Positions 10,801 to 20,277 of a stretch of 64,000 nt of DNA are shown piece by piece. Source of the DNA: a virus; the IMG/VR virus record IMGVR_UViG_3300028584_000118, positions 6,648 to 70,647 of that record; one strand, given 5' to 3'. A model generated the notes under the pieces. It did no database searches, was not told the origin of the DNA, and saw only the letters and a program-made list of their open reading frames with translations. The translations under genes and the position numbers were made by a program. Numbering within the stretch: position 1 is the stretch's first letter; each line of letters starts with the position of its first letter.

Positions 10801-13800
10801 GTATTGATATCTTTACCTATCAATGATTTACGTACTGCACGTTGAGCAGGAATACTTAAAGCATCAAAGATCTTCTTGTTACCTAAACCAAGAGCAACAA
10901 ACGTAGCCAGGTAATCTGATTTACCATTTTGGTTTAGCTTTGCATTAAACATTAAATCATAAAGATGAGTAGCTTCTTGTTGTTCCATTATTGAAGCAGT
11001 AACCCAATCACCGGTAACAAAGTCTTTAGGACTTAATTTGTTCTTAGCAAAGTTGTGTAACTTAATAAGTTCTTGCATAGCAGCAGACACTGTAGCTTCC
11101 GGAGAAGATACTGCATCTTGCATAACAGCCTCTATCTGTTGAGCTACGAATCTTTCTTGCTCAGACATAATTAAATTAGCTGCACCAATCTTAGAAGCTA
11201 ATGGAGCCTGTCCTGTAGCCATTGATTTATTCCATACATCCAATGGAGTTACAGTCTGGTTATTCATATCTGCTTCAGAGAGACTACCAAATGGGCCTCT
11301 GAGAGCATGGACGATTCCAGCCAATAAACTCCGCATATGAAAGTCAAAAGCTCCTGTAGCACCGTTATGAGCCTTACCCAAAGCATCATAGATATCCTGA
11401 GTTGTATAGCTCATGATATTTCTTTGATTTTGCTTAGCCATAGCTAAGGTAATCTGTTCTGCTTTAGTTAAAGAACTTTCAGCTACTTCAGTCAAACCAA
11501 CAAAGTTAATAATCACAGCCTCTAATGCGTTGTTCTTGGTTTGGTTTTCTGGAGTAGTTATACCAAAGAAGTAAATTTTAATTACATCTAAGAATTCTCT
11601 CAGTGCACTAGTTATGCTGCCTTTATTAGAAGAAGCAAAGGTAATAGTTTTCAAGTAATCTCTGAACTCTGTATTAGTTAAACCCCATGACAGCAACTCA
11701 TCTACACTTTCTAATGCAGCATCAAACTTAGAGTCAGGTTTAGAAGCCAATAACTTAGTACGTAACTTTTCTAATTCATCTACGAATTGACTAGCTTTAC
11801 TATTGTCATTGGTTTTAGCATCTCTGATTGTAGTAGCTAATGCAGCATGTAAAAGTTCATGCACAATTACCTCTACTGATGTACCTGAAGTAACATCAAT
11901 ATAAATAGTAGGATTGCCTTCTGCATCAATATGAAACCAACCATTAACAGGGTAATCTGGTCGACTAGCAATCACATCAGATTCTGTTACAGCAACCAGT
12001 TTAAGATTCTCTGGTAACAAATCTTGTATGCCTGAATAAACACTATTAAGATCCCAAGTCATTAAAGAATTAAAGTCGATGTAATCTAGAGTAGGTTTCA
12101 AACCTAATTTAATAGCATCAACTAAATCAGTTTGTTGTTCACCTAAAGTAGCAAAGTTAACTTCTGGTTTAGGAGCTGCTTGTACTTCTGTACCCATAAA
12201 AGGATTACCAGTTAAGTACTCTATAGCAGAACGTACTCTTTCTAATCTTGATTTATTCAAACCAACTTTTGAAATCTTTTCTTTTTCCTTTGCACGGAAC
12301 TCATCACTAACGACGTGTTGGCCTCCTTCCATTGGATATTGATCCACATATCCTAATGTAGATAAGTACTCATGCTTAGTTTGTTCACCAGATATAAGAG
12401 TCACATACAAAGCTTCAAATGTTTCTTGAAGATTCTTTATAGTACTCTTTGAATACAGGTTCTTAATATTTTCTCTGGCTTTAGGTGTCAAAGATTCTAA
12501 GTATTGATCTACTTGATCAGGAGCAGAATAGAGCTCACCAGCTAAAGTAAGAATACTTTTCTCAAGTACATTAAACACTTCAACGATCGGTGAATAATCA
12601 GCAATCAATTCAGCAGTATGCTTATTGATTTCTTTTGCTGTGTTCATAGCATCAGGAACACCAACTAAGATTTCATCATATACGTGATGAGCTTCTACAT
12701 TATTAGCTACTGTCTCCATCATGATAGAAGATTCTAATGAGTGAACCAAAGCAGATAACGTGTAAGCACCTGGAGCCACTACAGTAGTACCTTCACTAGC
12801 TACACTGTACTTTTCTCCATTTACGATTACATTGTTCTTATAAATTGGATTGGTGCTAATACCCATACCTCCTTTACCTAAGAAGATACCTGCTTTCAGG
12901 TTGTTCTCCATTTTAGATAAAGGTGAGTGAGCTACTGGTCTAGCAGCAGCAACCATCTTCTCAATCTTCTTAGTTTGTTCAATAGTCAAATCATGCAAGG
13001 GTACTCTACGTGAAACGCCTTTATCATTTACCTTGGTTTCAAAAGCGATCGAACCATTATCCATACCATCTTGGATAAGCTTTTCTTTTTTCATACCAAG
13101 CATAAACTCATAAATGTTATGAGCTAAGTCTGCAGCTTTAGTTAAGTCATTACGCATGACTATGTAATTCTCAAACTCAGAAGAGAAGGTTTGACCCATC
13201 TTCTCACCCATAGTAATACCAACACTAAAACGAATATGTTGTTTCTGTACTTTGGATAAAGGGGTATTCAACAATTCTTCCATACTCATGTAAGGAAGTT
13301 TGTATGTACTAAAATCACTACCAGAAGAGAATTCAATCAAGTCATTGATAGAATCAATCAAAGATTTACTATCCGGCATAGCTACATCTGGGTTCTCTTT
13401 CTTTGCTTTGTAATACTCAGTCATTTTCTTCTCAAGAAATTTATTGTATGAACCAATAAATTCTTCAGAAGTTTTCTGAACTAAGCTGTAAATACTAGAA
13501 CCAAATTTAAAAGCTGTTGACGGTGTCTTAGGTAAACTACGCCCTGCTTTAGTGATCTCACCTTTTAATAATAACGGCCCATTTACATATTCAAAACTCT
13601 TGATCAGTTTTAAATAACGAGCAGAAGAACTATCAAATCTATCATCCAACTCAAAGAATTTCTTTGGGCGCTTCATTAAGTTACGAAGCATCATACTTGT
13701 CAAATGCTGATACTGATCATTGTTACCAGGATTAGCATACTCAACAAAGTTCTTAGGCCCATTGAGAATATTACGATAGAAGCCTGTACGTGCACCTACT

Positions 13801-16800
13801 CCCCCAATATCAGCAGTTCCATAAGATACGTTAGTCAAACCAGTAGCACTAACTTTACCGTCAATACCTACTGTGTGATAAATATCAATGTTAATAGGTT
13901 GATCTGGATTTGCTTCTAAACGAATCCAACCTTCAACTACTGAAGCCAGAGTATCTAATGCACGTAAGCTAATCATGCCATCTTCACCAGTAGCAATATT
14001 AACTACAGCATCAATATTCTCTTGAGTATCAAAGAGCTTACTATCCTCTACAGTCTTAGGATAATTGAATCTACGGATAAGATTAACTGCTTTACGTAAA
14101 CCTTCTTTTTGTTGAATAGCAGTCTCTAACTTACTAACAACATCTTGTGAGTAAGTAGTATCAGGATTGAAGCCAAGGTAAGTACCTAAGCTAGTCATCA
14201 ATACGCGATAGCTTTCTGTATCTTTAAGATCAAGAGCCATTTTCCAACTTGGACGATAAAACACTGAACGATGAATCTTACTTGTAGTCATGTTCAATGA
14301 ACGGGTCTTACTACCAACCCTACCGGATCTTTGTACAGAATTTAATGTATAGAATTCTTTCTCAGTAGGATGAGTTTGTTCATCACCTAAGTTAAACATT
14401 TCATACATCAATTCGTATTCACGTATTAAACCTTCATTAGCTGTCTCTACAGATTTAATATTATCTGTAGCAACCACATCTATATCAAAGTCTTTACCAC
14501 CAGCAATACGAATAATTGCATCTTTACCTAAAGCATCCATCAGATTGAACATAGAAGGAATAACTTTATTAGGGACCTTAGCCTGCTTATCAGAAACCTC
14601 TGTAGTAAGCTTAGCTACTTCCTGTGTAGTATTTTGAGTGTATTTTTGTGTGAAGCTCAGAGGCTCTATAGAGGCCATCAAAACAGATGTTTCTGCTTTA
14701 AATGTCTTCTCTAAGATACCTTTAGAACCGGCAACACTATCACGAATAAGTTTTGCATCTGCATTTAACTTACCCTCTGAATCTTTAGCTAAGTAGATGA
14801 CCTTGGTATATTCAAGAGAATCAATATCTATTTTCTTTTCACCACGAGTAAGTACACCTTCCTTAACAAGCATGTCAAGCATGTACACACCTAAGCTTGT
14901 TTTCAACTTAGGTAAGATGTTTGCGGGTACACGATCGTCTACATTCTTTAAGCCAAGTAAATCAGCAGCCATTCTACCTAACTCATTTATAGCTACTGTT
15001 TCTGTAGCCATGATTGTTCTGAAGTCACTAAGATCTTCATCAGACAATTCATAGATGTCAGATAATCTAACATGGAACATATCCTTAAGTTCTTCGTCAG
15101 TACGGAACTCAGGATAATTAGCATAGTTACCTACAAACATATAGGCAGCAACAGCCATACCGTCAACCAAGTTTTGATCAACAGTACTGTCTTCTTTAAT
15201 CAATTGATTAAATAAATTGTTTAGACTAGCTAAGCCTTCTAAGTTTTGTTTCTTAATACTCTTAGTCAATGTGTTAGACCATACTTTAATGTTGTCTCTT
15301 AAAGTATCTAAAGCATAGTTCTCTTTTTCACTTAACTCTTCTGTACCTGTAAATTCTTTTATATCTTCATTAGTATTCCATGAATTAAAGAAGTCTTTAA
15401 CAGCTACTAAAGGACGCCCATTAACTGCTTGCTTAATGTAAGCAGCTACTACATTCCCAGAATCAAAGATCTGTTGAATAGTTTTATCTGCATACTGTTC
15501 CGAAGCCAATACAGAAAGCTTACCTGATTCTTTAGATACCTCTTTCTGTTTGGTTTCTTCTTCAGCTATTTGTTCATCTGTCTTTGTGAATGCAGGAGCT
15601 TCTTTAGTTTCTACTACATCGTTTTGTTTTGGTTGTTGTTCTGTTCCTTGCGCTTCTGTTTGCTTGGCTTCAGTGGTTTGATTACTTTGCGTTTCATTTA
15701 CTGCTCCTTTATCAGATTTAGTTTTGGTTTGTGCTACAGGGAAAAATACATTCAATGCTGCATAAGATTCTTTTGTTGCTGCTTGTATTGCATTAACTTC
15801 TGCAGTTACAGCAGCAAATAATTTATCTGTGTTACCAGGGACAATATTTAATCCCTTTGCTTCTTTCAACTTATCTTTATCTAACTTCTCAGTTACTACA
15901 TTCCACATACCAGAAGCATCTTTAATAATCTGTCCACCACCATTGTTTAATGCAGTGAGCATTGCACGCTTCTTACTTGTATGTCCTTTAGCAAATGTGT
16001 TTAATTGAGAATATAACTTCTCTGCTTTAGCTTGATCATTAGATTCAAATGCAGAAGCAAAGTCTCTACGATACTGATCTAAACCAATAAAACCTTTACC
16101 ACCGGCAAAGATATCTTTAGCTACCTCAGAGATATTCTTAGCATTAGTTTCTTGCTCTACTGCTTTCTGATGTAAAGCAAAGTATTCACGTTGTTCTTGT
16201 GTAGAGCCATTGGCCTTATTACTAGTTAATGAAGCGATTTGATCTGCATTCATATTCCCAGTATTAGCCATAGCAAGTGTAATTGTCTTATTTACTTTTG
16301 CTTGGTTTGAAGCTACTACTTCCTTATTAGAAATATCTACAGGTGCAGATACCTCTTCAATTAAAGAAGATAATTGTTCTGGTTTAGCTTGTGAGTAAAC
16401 AGTAGATAACTCTGTACGTTTAGTATCGAGATACTCTAATTGTTTAGCGGTTTCATTTAAAGCAGCCTTACGTACTTTAGGATTAGCATAAGGTTGCATA
16501 TCAATGTTGAATTGCAACTCATCATTTTCCTTTTGAATGGCATCACGATCAGAAGTGAATTCATCAATAGTAGTTTGAGTCTTTGCTTGAGCTATAGCTT
16601 CATTGTATTGAGTAATAGTGTCTGCATTAGCAGCAATAACTTCTTTATTAGTATTAATTGTTTCCTGATCATACAAAGGAATTTCTTTTTGAAGTTTCTC
16701 TTGTTTGGTTTTTAATTCAGCAGTAACAGCATCTAATTGTTCAAAGGTAGCTGCCTTTTCTTCTTGGCTTACTTCTGAGTTAATAGCCTTATTCAAAGCA

Positions 16801-18083
16801 ACATCCACAATGCGGTGAGGAGCGTATGTAGGAGACTTTGGATCAGTGATGACGGAAGTATCACCTGAACTAATTGCGCTTGCTACAGCGTCATCTGTGG
16901 CTGTACGTTTAGCTGCTTTATCAGCAAGCTTAGCAGCACCTTCAACTGAAGTTTGAATAGCTTTACCACCTCCGGATAAACCACCACCAGAAGCTCCACC
17001 GATTACAGCAGATTTATAGATGTCTTCACCAGTAGTAGGTTCACCTTTAATCTGCCCTTCCATATAGGTTTGGTAACCTTCAGTAGCAGCTTCTTCTGCA
17101 AAGCCTAAACCAGTAGCTTTACCAATAGAAGTAAGAGCTCCTTTACTAGTAGCAGCTTTGGTTGCTTTACCGATAGCAGCTAATTGACCTACTTCACCAA
17201 GTTGCTCCGCTAAAGCCAATGAACCTGCTTGTAAGGCCATCTTATTACGTTCAGCATCAGAAGGTAATGCACCGTTATTACGGTCCATAAAGTTCTGAAC
17301 ACCTTTACGATATTCTTCAGCAGCGTAACCAATGTTAGAAGCAGCTAGTAAACCTTTGCCGGCATACTTAATACTACCTCCAAGTAATTGAGGTAAGTTC
17401 TCTGCAATGTATTCTGAGGTTGCTTTAGGATTGGATAAGATCGAACCACCAGCATGATAGATAAGCTTACCTATACCAGTGGCATAGTCACCTTTATCAA
17501 AACTAGCTGAAGCATCTTTATAACCAGAAGACAAATCTAAATTTAATTGGTTTCGATCGGTATTGTTAACGATGCTGGAGATATTGAAAGTATCATCAAT
17601 CTTACCACCACGTTTAGTTACTTCAGCAGAATCCAGGTAACGAGATGCAACTGTCTTGCCCTGAGCATCAGGAGTAGTCAGTCGTTTAATATCTTCAGGT
17701 GTTTGTTCGTTCTTTAAGAATCGAGCTACAGCAGCTTTATCCTCATCTGTGATATTCGATTCGTTTAAAGCATTAATGATAGGGCCGGACAAACCAGCAA
17801 TGTTACCGATTTGACGAGAAGCTCCTGATACAAATGATGCTGCAAGATCTACAGCAGTACCTACAACAGGAGTATCTTGTACACCTAATTGAGAAGACCA
17901 AGATGAAGCATTCTGCACCTTGGCTTCTGCAACTTTAGCAATGATGGCTTCCTTGTCTCTTGCTGCTTGCATCAACCTTTCTGTTTTACTTTCCGAAACT
18001 CTATTACCTATGAAGTCTGTAGTAGCGTTTAAGTCTTGTACACGTTTCTTGTTGATGTAGTCATCAAAATTAAAGTCTGCCAT
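7881..18083 (-). CDS. Virion-encapsidated RNA polymerase (N4 gp50-like)
   Basis: 3400 aa with no Cys seen; single-subunit RNAP motifs GIDG (A), GRSLPKTPSTAFKFGSS (B), HHVYDE (C); HELLH zincin-like motif; position in late block. Confidence 0.95.
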   Translation of the reverse strand: MADFNFDDYINKKRVQDLNATTDFIGNRVSESKTERLMQAARDKEAIIAKVAEAKVQNASSWSSQLGVQDTPVVGTAVDLAASFVSGASRQIGNIAGLSGPIINALNESNITDEDKAAVARFLKNEQTPEDIKRLTTPDAQGKTVASRYLDSAEVTKRGGKIDDTFNISSIVNNTDRNQLNLDLSSGYKDASASFDKGDYATGIGKLIYHAGGSILSNPKATSEYIAENLPQLLGGSIKYAGKGLLAASNIGYAAEEYRKGVQNFMDRNNGALPSDAERNKMALQAGSLALAEQLGEVGQLAAIGKATKAATSKGALTSIGKATGLGFAEEAATEGYQTYMEGQIKGEPTTGEDIYKSAVIGGASGGGLSGGGKAIQTSVEGAAKLADKAAKRTATDDAVASAISSGDTSVITDPKSPTYAPHRIVDVALNKAINSEVSQEEKAATFEQLDAVTAELKTKQEKLQKEIPLYDQETINTNKEVIAANADTITQYNEAIAQAKTQTTIDEFTSDRDAIQKENDELQFNIDMQPYANPKVRKAALNETAKQLEYLDTKRTELSTVYSQAKPEQLSSLIEEVSAPVDISNKEVVASNQAKVNKTITLAMANTGNMNADQIASLTSNKANGSTQEQREYFALHQKAVEQETNAKNISEVAKDIFAGGKGFIGLDQYRRDFASAFESNDQAKAEKLYSQLNTFAKGHTSKKRAMLTALNNGGGQIIKDASGMWNVVTEKLDKDKLKEAKGLNIVPGNTDKLFAAVTAEVNAIQAATKESYAALNVFFPVAQTKTKSDKGAVNETQSNQTTEAKQTEAQGTEQQPKQNDVVETKEAPAFTKTDEQIAEEETKQKEVSKESGKLSVLASEQYADKTIQQIFDSGNVVAAYIKQAVNGRPLVAVKDFFNSWNTNEDIKEFTGTEELSEKENYALDTLRDNIKVWSNTLTKSIKKQNLEGLASLNNLFNQLIKEDSTVDQNLVDGMAVAAYMFVGNYANYPEFRTDEELKDMFHVRLSDIYELSDEDLSDFRTIMATETVAINELGRMAADLLGLKNVDDRVPANILPKLKTSLGVYMLDMLVKEGVLTRGEKKIDIDSLEYTKVIYLAKDSEGKLNADAKLIRDSVAGSKGILEKTFKAETSVLMASIEPLSFTQKYTQNTTQEVAKLTTEVSDKQAKVPNKVIPSMFNLMDALGKDAIIRIAGGKDFDIDVVATDNIKSVETANEGLIREYELMYEMFNLGDEQTHPTEKEFYTLNSVQRSGRVGSKTRSLNMTTSKIHRSVFYRPSWKMALDLKDTESYRVLMTSLGTYLGFNPDTTYSQDVVSKLETAIQQKEGLRKAVNLIRRFNYPKTVEDSKLFDTQENIDAVVNIATGEDGMISLRALDTLASVVEGWIRLEANPDQPINIDIYHTVGIDGKVSATGLTNVSYGTADIGGVGARTGFYRNILNGPKNFVEYANPGNNDQYQHLTSMMLRNLMKRPKKFFELDDRFDSSSARYLKLIKSFEYVNGPLLLKGEITKAGRSLPKTPSTAFKFGSSIYSLVQKTSEEFIGSYNKFLEKKMTEYYKAKKENPDVAMPDSKSLIDSINDLIEFSSGSDFSTYKLPYMSMEELLNTPLSKVQKQHIRFSVGITMGEKMGQTFSSEFENYIVMRNDLTKAADLAHNIYEFMLGMKKEKLIQDGMDNGSIAFETKVNDKGVSRRVPLHDLTIEQTKKIEKMVAAARPVAHSPLSKMENNLKAGIFLGKGGMGISTNPIYKNNVIVNGEKYSVASEGTTVVAPGAYTLSALVHSLESSIMMETVANNVEAHHVYDEILVGVPDAMNTAKEINKHTAELIADYSPIVEVFNVLEKSILTLAGELYSAPDQVDQYLESLTPKARENIKNLYSKSTIKNLQETFEALYVTLISGEQTKHEYLSTLGYVDQYPMEGGQHVVSDEFRAKEKEKISKVGLNKSRLERVRSAIEYLTGNPFMGTEVQAAPKPEVNFATLGEQQTDLVDAIKLGLKPTLDYIDFNSLMTWDLNSVYSGIQDLLPENLKLVAVTESDVIASRPDYPVNGWFHIDAEGNPTIYIDVTSGTSVEVIVHELLHAALATTIRDAKTNDNSKASQFVDELEKLRTKLLASKPDSKFDAALESVDELLSWGLTNTEFRDYLKTITFASSNKGSITSALREFLDVIKIYFFGITTPENQTKNNALEAVIINFVGLTEVAESSLTKAEQITLAMAKQNQRNIMSYTTQDIYDALGKAHNGATGAFDFHMRSLLAGIVHALRGPFGSLSEADMNNQTVTPLDVWNKSMATGQAPLASKIGAANLIMSEQERFVAQQIEAVMQDAVSSPEATVSAAMQELIKLHNFAKNKLSPKDFVTGDWVTASIMEQQEATHLYDLMFNAKLNQNGKSDYLATFVALGLGNKKIFDALSIPAQRAVRKSLIGKDINTTLSNIFEFILNLYSGLATRTTGNLQINEKIMVLTNRLVEIEARKKNTLIQRANAKVGEPLDVAGQKIVSVLKASISKLLKSHFIRNNKFGTVQGVGAIARIFLEDRIPDTLDLFTKARNEFDKSKHSMLMNMMNDVRGYGPRVSAMVRNATALNAEREHIANGLGKAVLGGFLDNGSYLSDEDHRVVTSGLLRTGAYTLLDNYSMADLSNLLSDDSYRTGEIKSLEKQLIKAFGKRAFFFIKQSKGLGFHMISGKSALEAGQLKNALVISKEALSTTTPMEEAKQKQAEKIIDQLVTLYAFDYMGQNKSKYLSTLVNKENSRTNGNGFAELLSLHHKLNIEAKERLFSDSPELMVKGYLPEIINPHTSFKVTTLTEGKELIKQDYEQHSGVFIDSADPSSDKKQIYVLKDGAPMPYVSGAIQLDSNKSKGTNAIGSNRNLNMDEGILNASDLASVNNTKRKLLAQMYSPASLQWDPRKEKGNYLIPLLNPNMEVVNWRYEMSHQLRDSILERDNRIDQVMGTMAATSFGKDTAKEQNKVIVDALALDYKENYVTNQDHFIFISNTSSDKELQEIWRLLPYAMKEDIRNATGSNKGIWVRKKYVLPLFGFRKYSLSGIWEKDTNTLNHAETAFKWVVEHMLTTYAIHSKGMFIDEAEEYGRKMAYIVTRRGQRGWEEVVSLVKDVVVIRTGTVMLGNIISNISLLKANGVPLSELMKNHHVAIKAYRQWDANSTELFDLKLERDLGFIRGDAARKEQRIVQLEDAINRSPIKKLIDFGLRPSIVEDLSEIDDKYSYKSNFSKKVEGYVNRVNPTVRDVANTVLVTRNSKLYKALSKTTQMSDFVARYVLFEHLTKRAKNPMLEKDAVHKVSEAFINYDVPMDKKVQFMDDMGFIPFIKYFFRIQRVLLETTKEHPLQMLGLVALNHFYSSLPLVTDSSFLAHIGNNPFRMGAGQIFTVWDDTLVLDSMAKLIK

Positions 18084-18097
18084 ATTACTATCCTTAG

Positions 18098-19786
18098 TTA
18101 TCTGCCATATTTCAGTAAGTCTGAATATTTAATTCCAGGCACTGATTTTACCCCACTTCCATTTGCTGTAGCTAACTTATCAAGAGCTTCTTGACGCTTT
18201 TCAAGCTCTTTTTGTTGAGCTGCTTTAATAATCTCTTCTGACTTTTTAGAATCATTAGTGCTATCAGCACTTTTGCTTCTAGCCTGTTCTATATAATCAG
18301 CAGGATTAATAGCATTAGATTTAGGAGAGTATATTTCTTTTAGTTTCTTTAAAGCTACTTTGTCTTGCTCAGCAGTATAGTCAGCAGCTTCTAAACGCAT
18401 ATCCTTATAATCTTTAGAACCCATAACTTGTTTGATATAGGACTCCATAGCATTATCAGTATTGTTGTAAATAGTAGTATCAGCTTCTTTACCTGCAGAT
18501 AAAGCAGTATTGATTATATTTGGAGGAACAATTTGAGTTACTTTATTACCAGTAACTTCATCAATATACTCAATACCTTTAGTTGACCAATCTCTGATTT
18601 TATCTTTGATGTTCGCTTTAGTTCTAGGCCCATCTTGGATCTCTTTATCAACACGTTCAAATACTTTACCTATTTCAGTGTTATAAGTCTTAGCATCAAA
18701 GTAAAACAAATTAGACTTTTTATGCTCCTCTTTATTAGCAATAATTGCGTTACGTTGAGAATCATAATCAGCTTGGTCTTCTTTAGAAAGAGTAGCTTTA
18801 TTGGTTAAGGTGTTATTCAATACTTCCATAGATTTCTGTGTACGTTCAACAGGAATACCTGCAGCACGTAAACGTTCTTCAGCGGCTTTTAAAGCAGAAG
18901 AAGATTCAATCGGAGTATCAAGCTTTGCTAATTTAAGTGCACCGTTCCAAAGTATTGCTTGATCTTTAGTAAGCTTAGAAATATCAACATTACCAAAACT
19001 ATCTTTAGGATAATCAGTAAAATTAGATTTAGAACTAAGCTCTTTAATACCTTGGCGTAAAGTGTCTTTCTTAGCTGCATACTCTTGACTGATAGTATCT
19101 ACAATCTTATTAGCTAATACATTTTGATTAGTAGAATTCAACTGTTCTTGAGCAGTTACATTACCAGCTTTCAATTGATTTACTTTTGTATCTTCAATTA
19201 AAGTTCTGTTCTTTTCATTGAAGTTAAAATTGTTTACATCTTGAGTACGAGCACGTATATCTGCTTCAGCAGATAAGCGAGTCTTAGCAAGATCAGCTTG
19301 TCGACCAATACCAGGATTAGCAGCTACCAAAGCATCTGCCTTAGCAAAGTCACCTTTGATATAAGCAGCATTAATAGCATCAAGAATAGGAGCATTGGCC
19401 TTATTTTTAATACCTTGATTGTAGGTATCATTCTGTTCTTGGATTGTACGTAGATCTCCTAAACGACTATCCAAAAACTTAGAAGTATTCGCTGTATCAA
19501 TCTGGTTTCCATACTGAGCACGCATGTTATCCAATGCACCTGAATTCAATGCAGCTTGATACTCTTCAGGAGTCTTGAACTGACTACGAATAGAATCATA
19601 GAAGGCTTGTGTGTTTGCAGCTTTACCTTCATTAAACACTTCACCTTGTTGTTTCTGATAATTGGTCAGAGCATTATTCAAACCACTAAAGCCATCATTC
19701 ATAGCTCGACGTGCATACTCTAAAGGAGCTGCTGCTTCAGCAGGAGAAGCTCCCATAATAGTACGCCATGTAATTGGATTTCCCAT
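18098..19786 (-). CDS. Virion ejection/internal protein (N4 gp51-like)
   Basis: Begins MGNPITWRTI; Cys-free; adjacent to vRNAP. Confidence 0.7.
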   Translation of the reverse strand: MGNPITWRTIMGASPAEAAAPLEYARRAMNDGFSGLNNALTNYQKQQGEVFNEGKAANTQAFYDSIRSQFKTPEEYQAALNSGALDNMRAQYGNQIDTANTSKFLDSRLGDLRTIQEQNDTYNQGIKNKANAPILDAINAAYIKGDFAKADALVAANPGIGRQADLAKTRLSAEADIRARTQDVNNFNFNEKNRTLIEDTKVNQLKAGNVTAQEQLNSTNQNVLANKIVDTISQEYAAKKDTLRQGIKELSSKSNFTDYPKDSFGNVDISKLTKDQAILWNGALKLAKLDTPIESSSALKAAEERLRAAGIPVERTQKSMEVLNNTLTNKATLSKEDQADYDSQRNAIIANKEEHKKSNLFYFDAKTYNTEIGKVFERVDKEIQDGPRTKANIKDKIRDWSTKGIEYIDEVTGNKVTQIVPPNIINTALSAGKEADTTIYNNTDNAMESYIKQVMGSKDYKDMRLEAADYTAEQDKVALKKLKEIYSPKSNAINPADYIEQARSKSADSTNDSKKSEEIIKAAQQKELEKRQEALDKLATANGSGVKSVPGIKYSDLLKYGR

Positions 19787-19790
19787 AATA

Positions 19791-20276
19791 TTAGACTCCG
19801 TATTTCTTCATGTATTCAGCAGTGGATTCATACTGTGTTTGACCTGCACCGGCACTTATAGTACGAGCAGTCTGTCTATCTGCTAATTGTGAATTAGTAA
19901 GCTTTTGTTGTGCACCATAATTCAAAGCAAACTGACGTTTGTTCTCTGCAAGGGTATCTTTAGCTAAACCATATTGCTTCATACCCATAAACAAGTTGCC
20001 TAGGCCCATACCAGCATTCAAAGCCATACCACCCCAACCTTGTTTACCATCTTTACCCATCATACCGTCATACCAGTTACCTCCTGCTGCTGCAGGAGCA
20101 AAAGTAGGCGATTTTAAATTCAATCCTAAACTGCTCATGTTACCTAGTTCTCCTGATAAAGAAGGTGGCATATAGTTACCACTCATTAGAGCACTAGAAC
20201 CCATATTGGAAACTGGATTAGTATTACCGTAATTACCTAGTACGGAACTCCAATCAATATTCTCTATTCCTGACAT
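19791..20276 (-). CDS. Small virion/ejection protein (N4 gp52-like)
   Basis: Gly-rich membrane-like segment; QYGLAKD.L...K.QF..NY motif; synteny. Confidence 0.75.
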   Translation of the reverse strand: MSGIENIDWSSVLGNYGNTNPVSNMGSSALMSGNYMPPSLSGELGNMSSLGLNLKSPTFAPAAAGGNWYDGMMGKDGKQGWGGMALNAGMGLGNLFMGMKQYGLAKDTLAENKRQFALNYGAQQKLTNSQLADRQTARTISAGAGQTQYESTAEYMKKYGV

Positions 20277-20277
20277 A

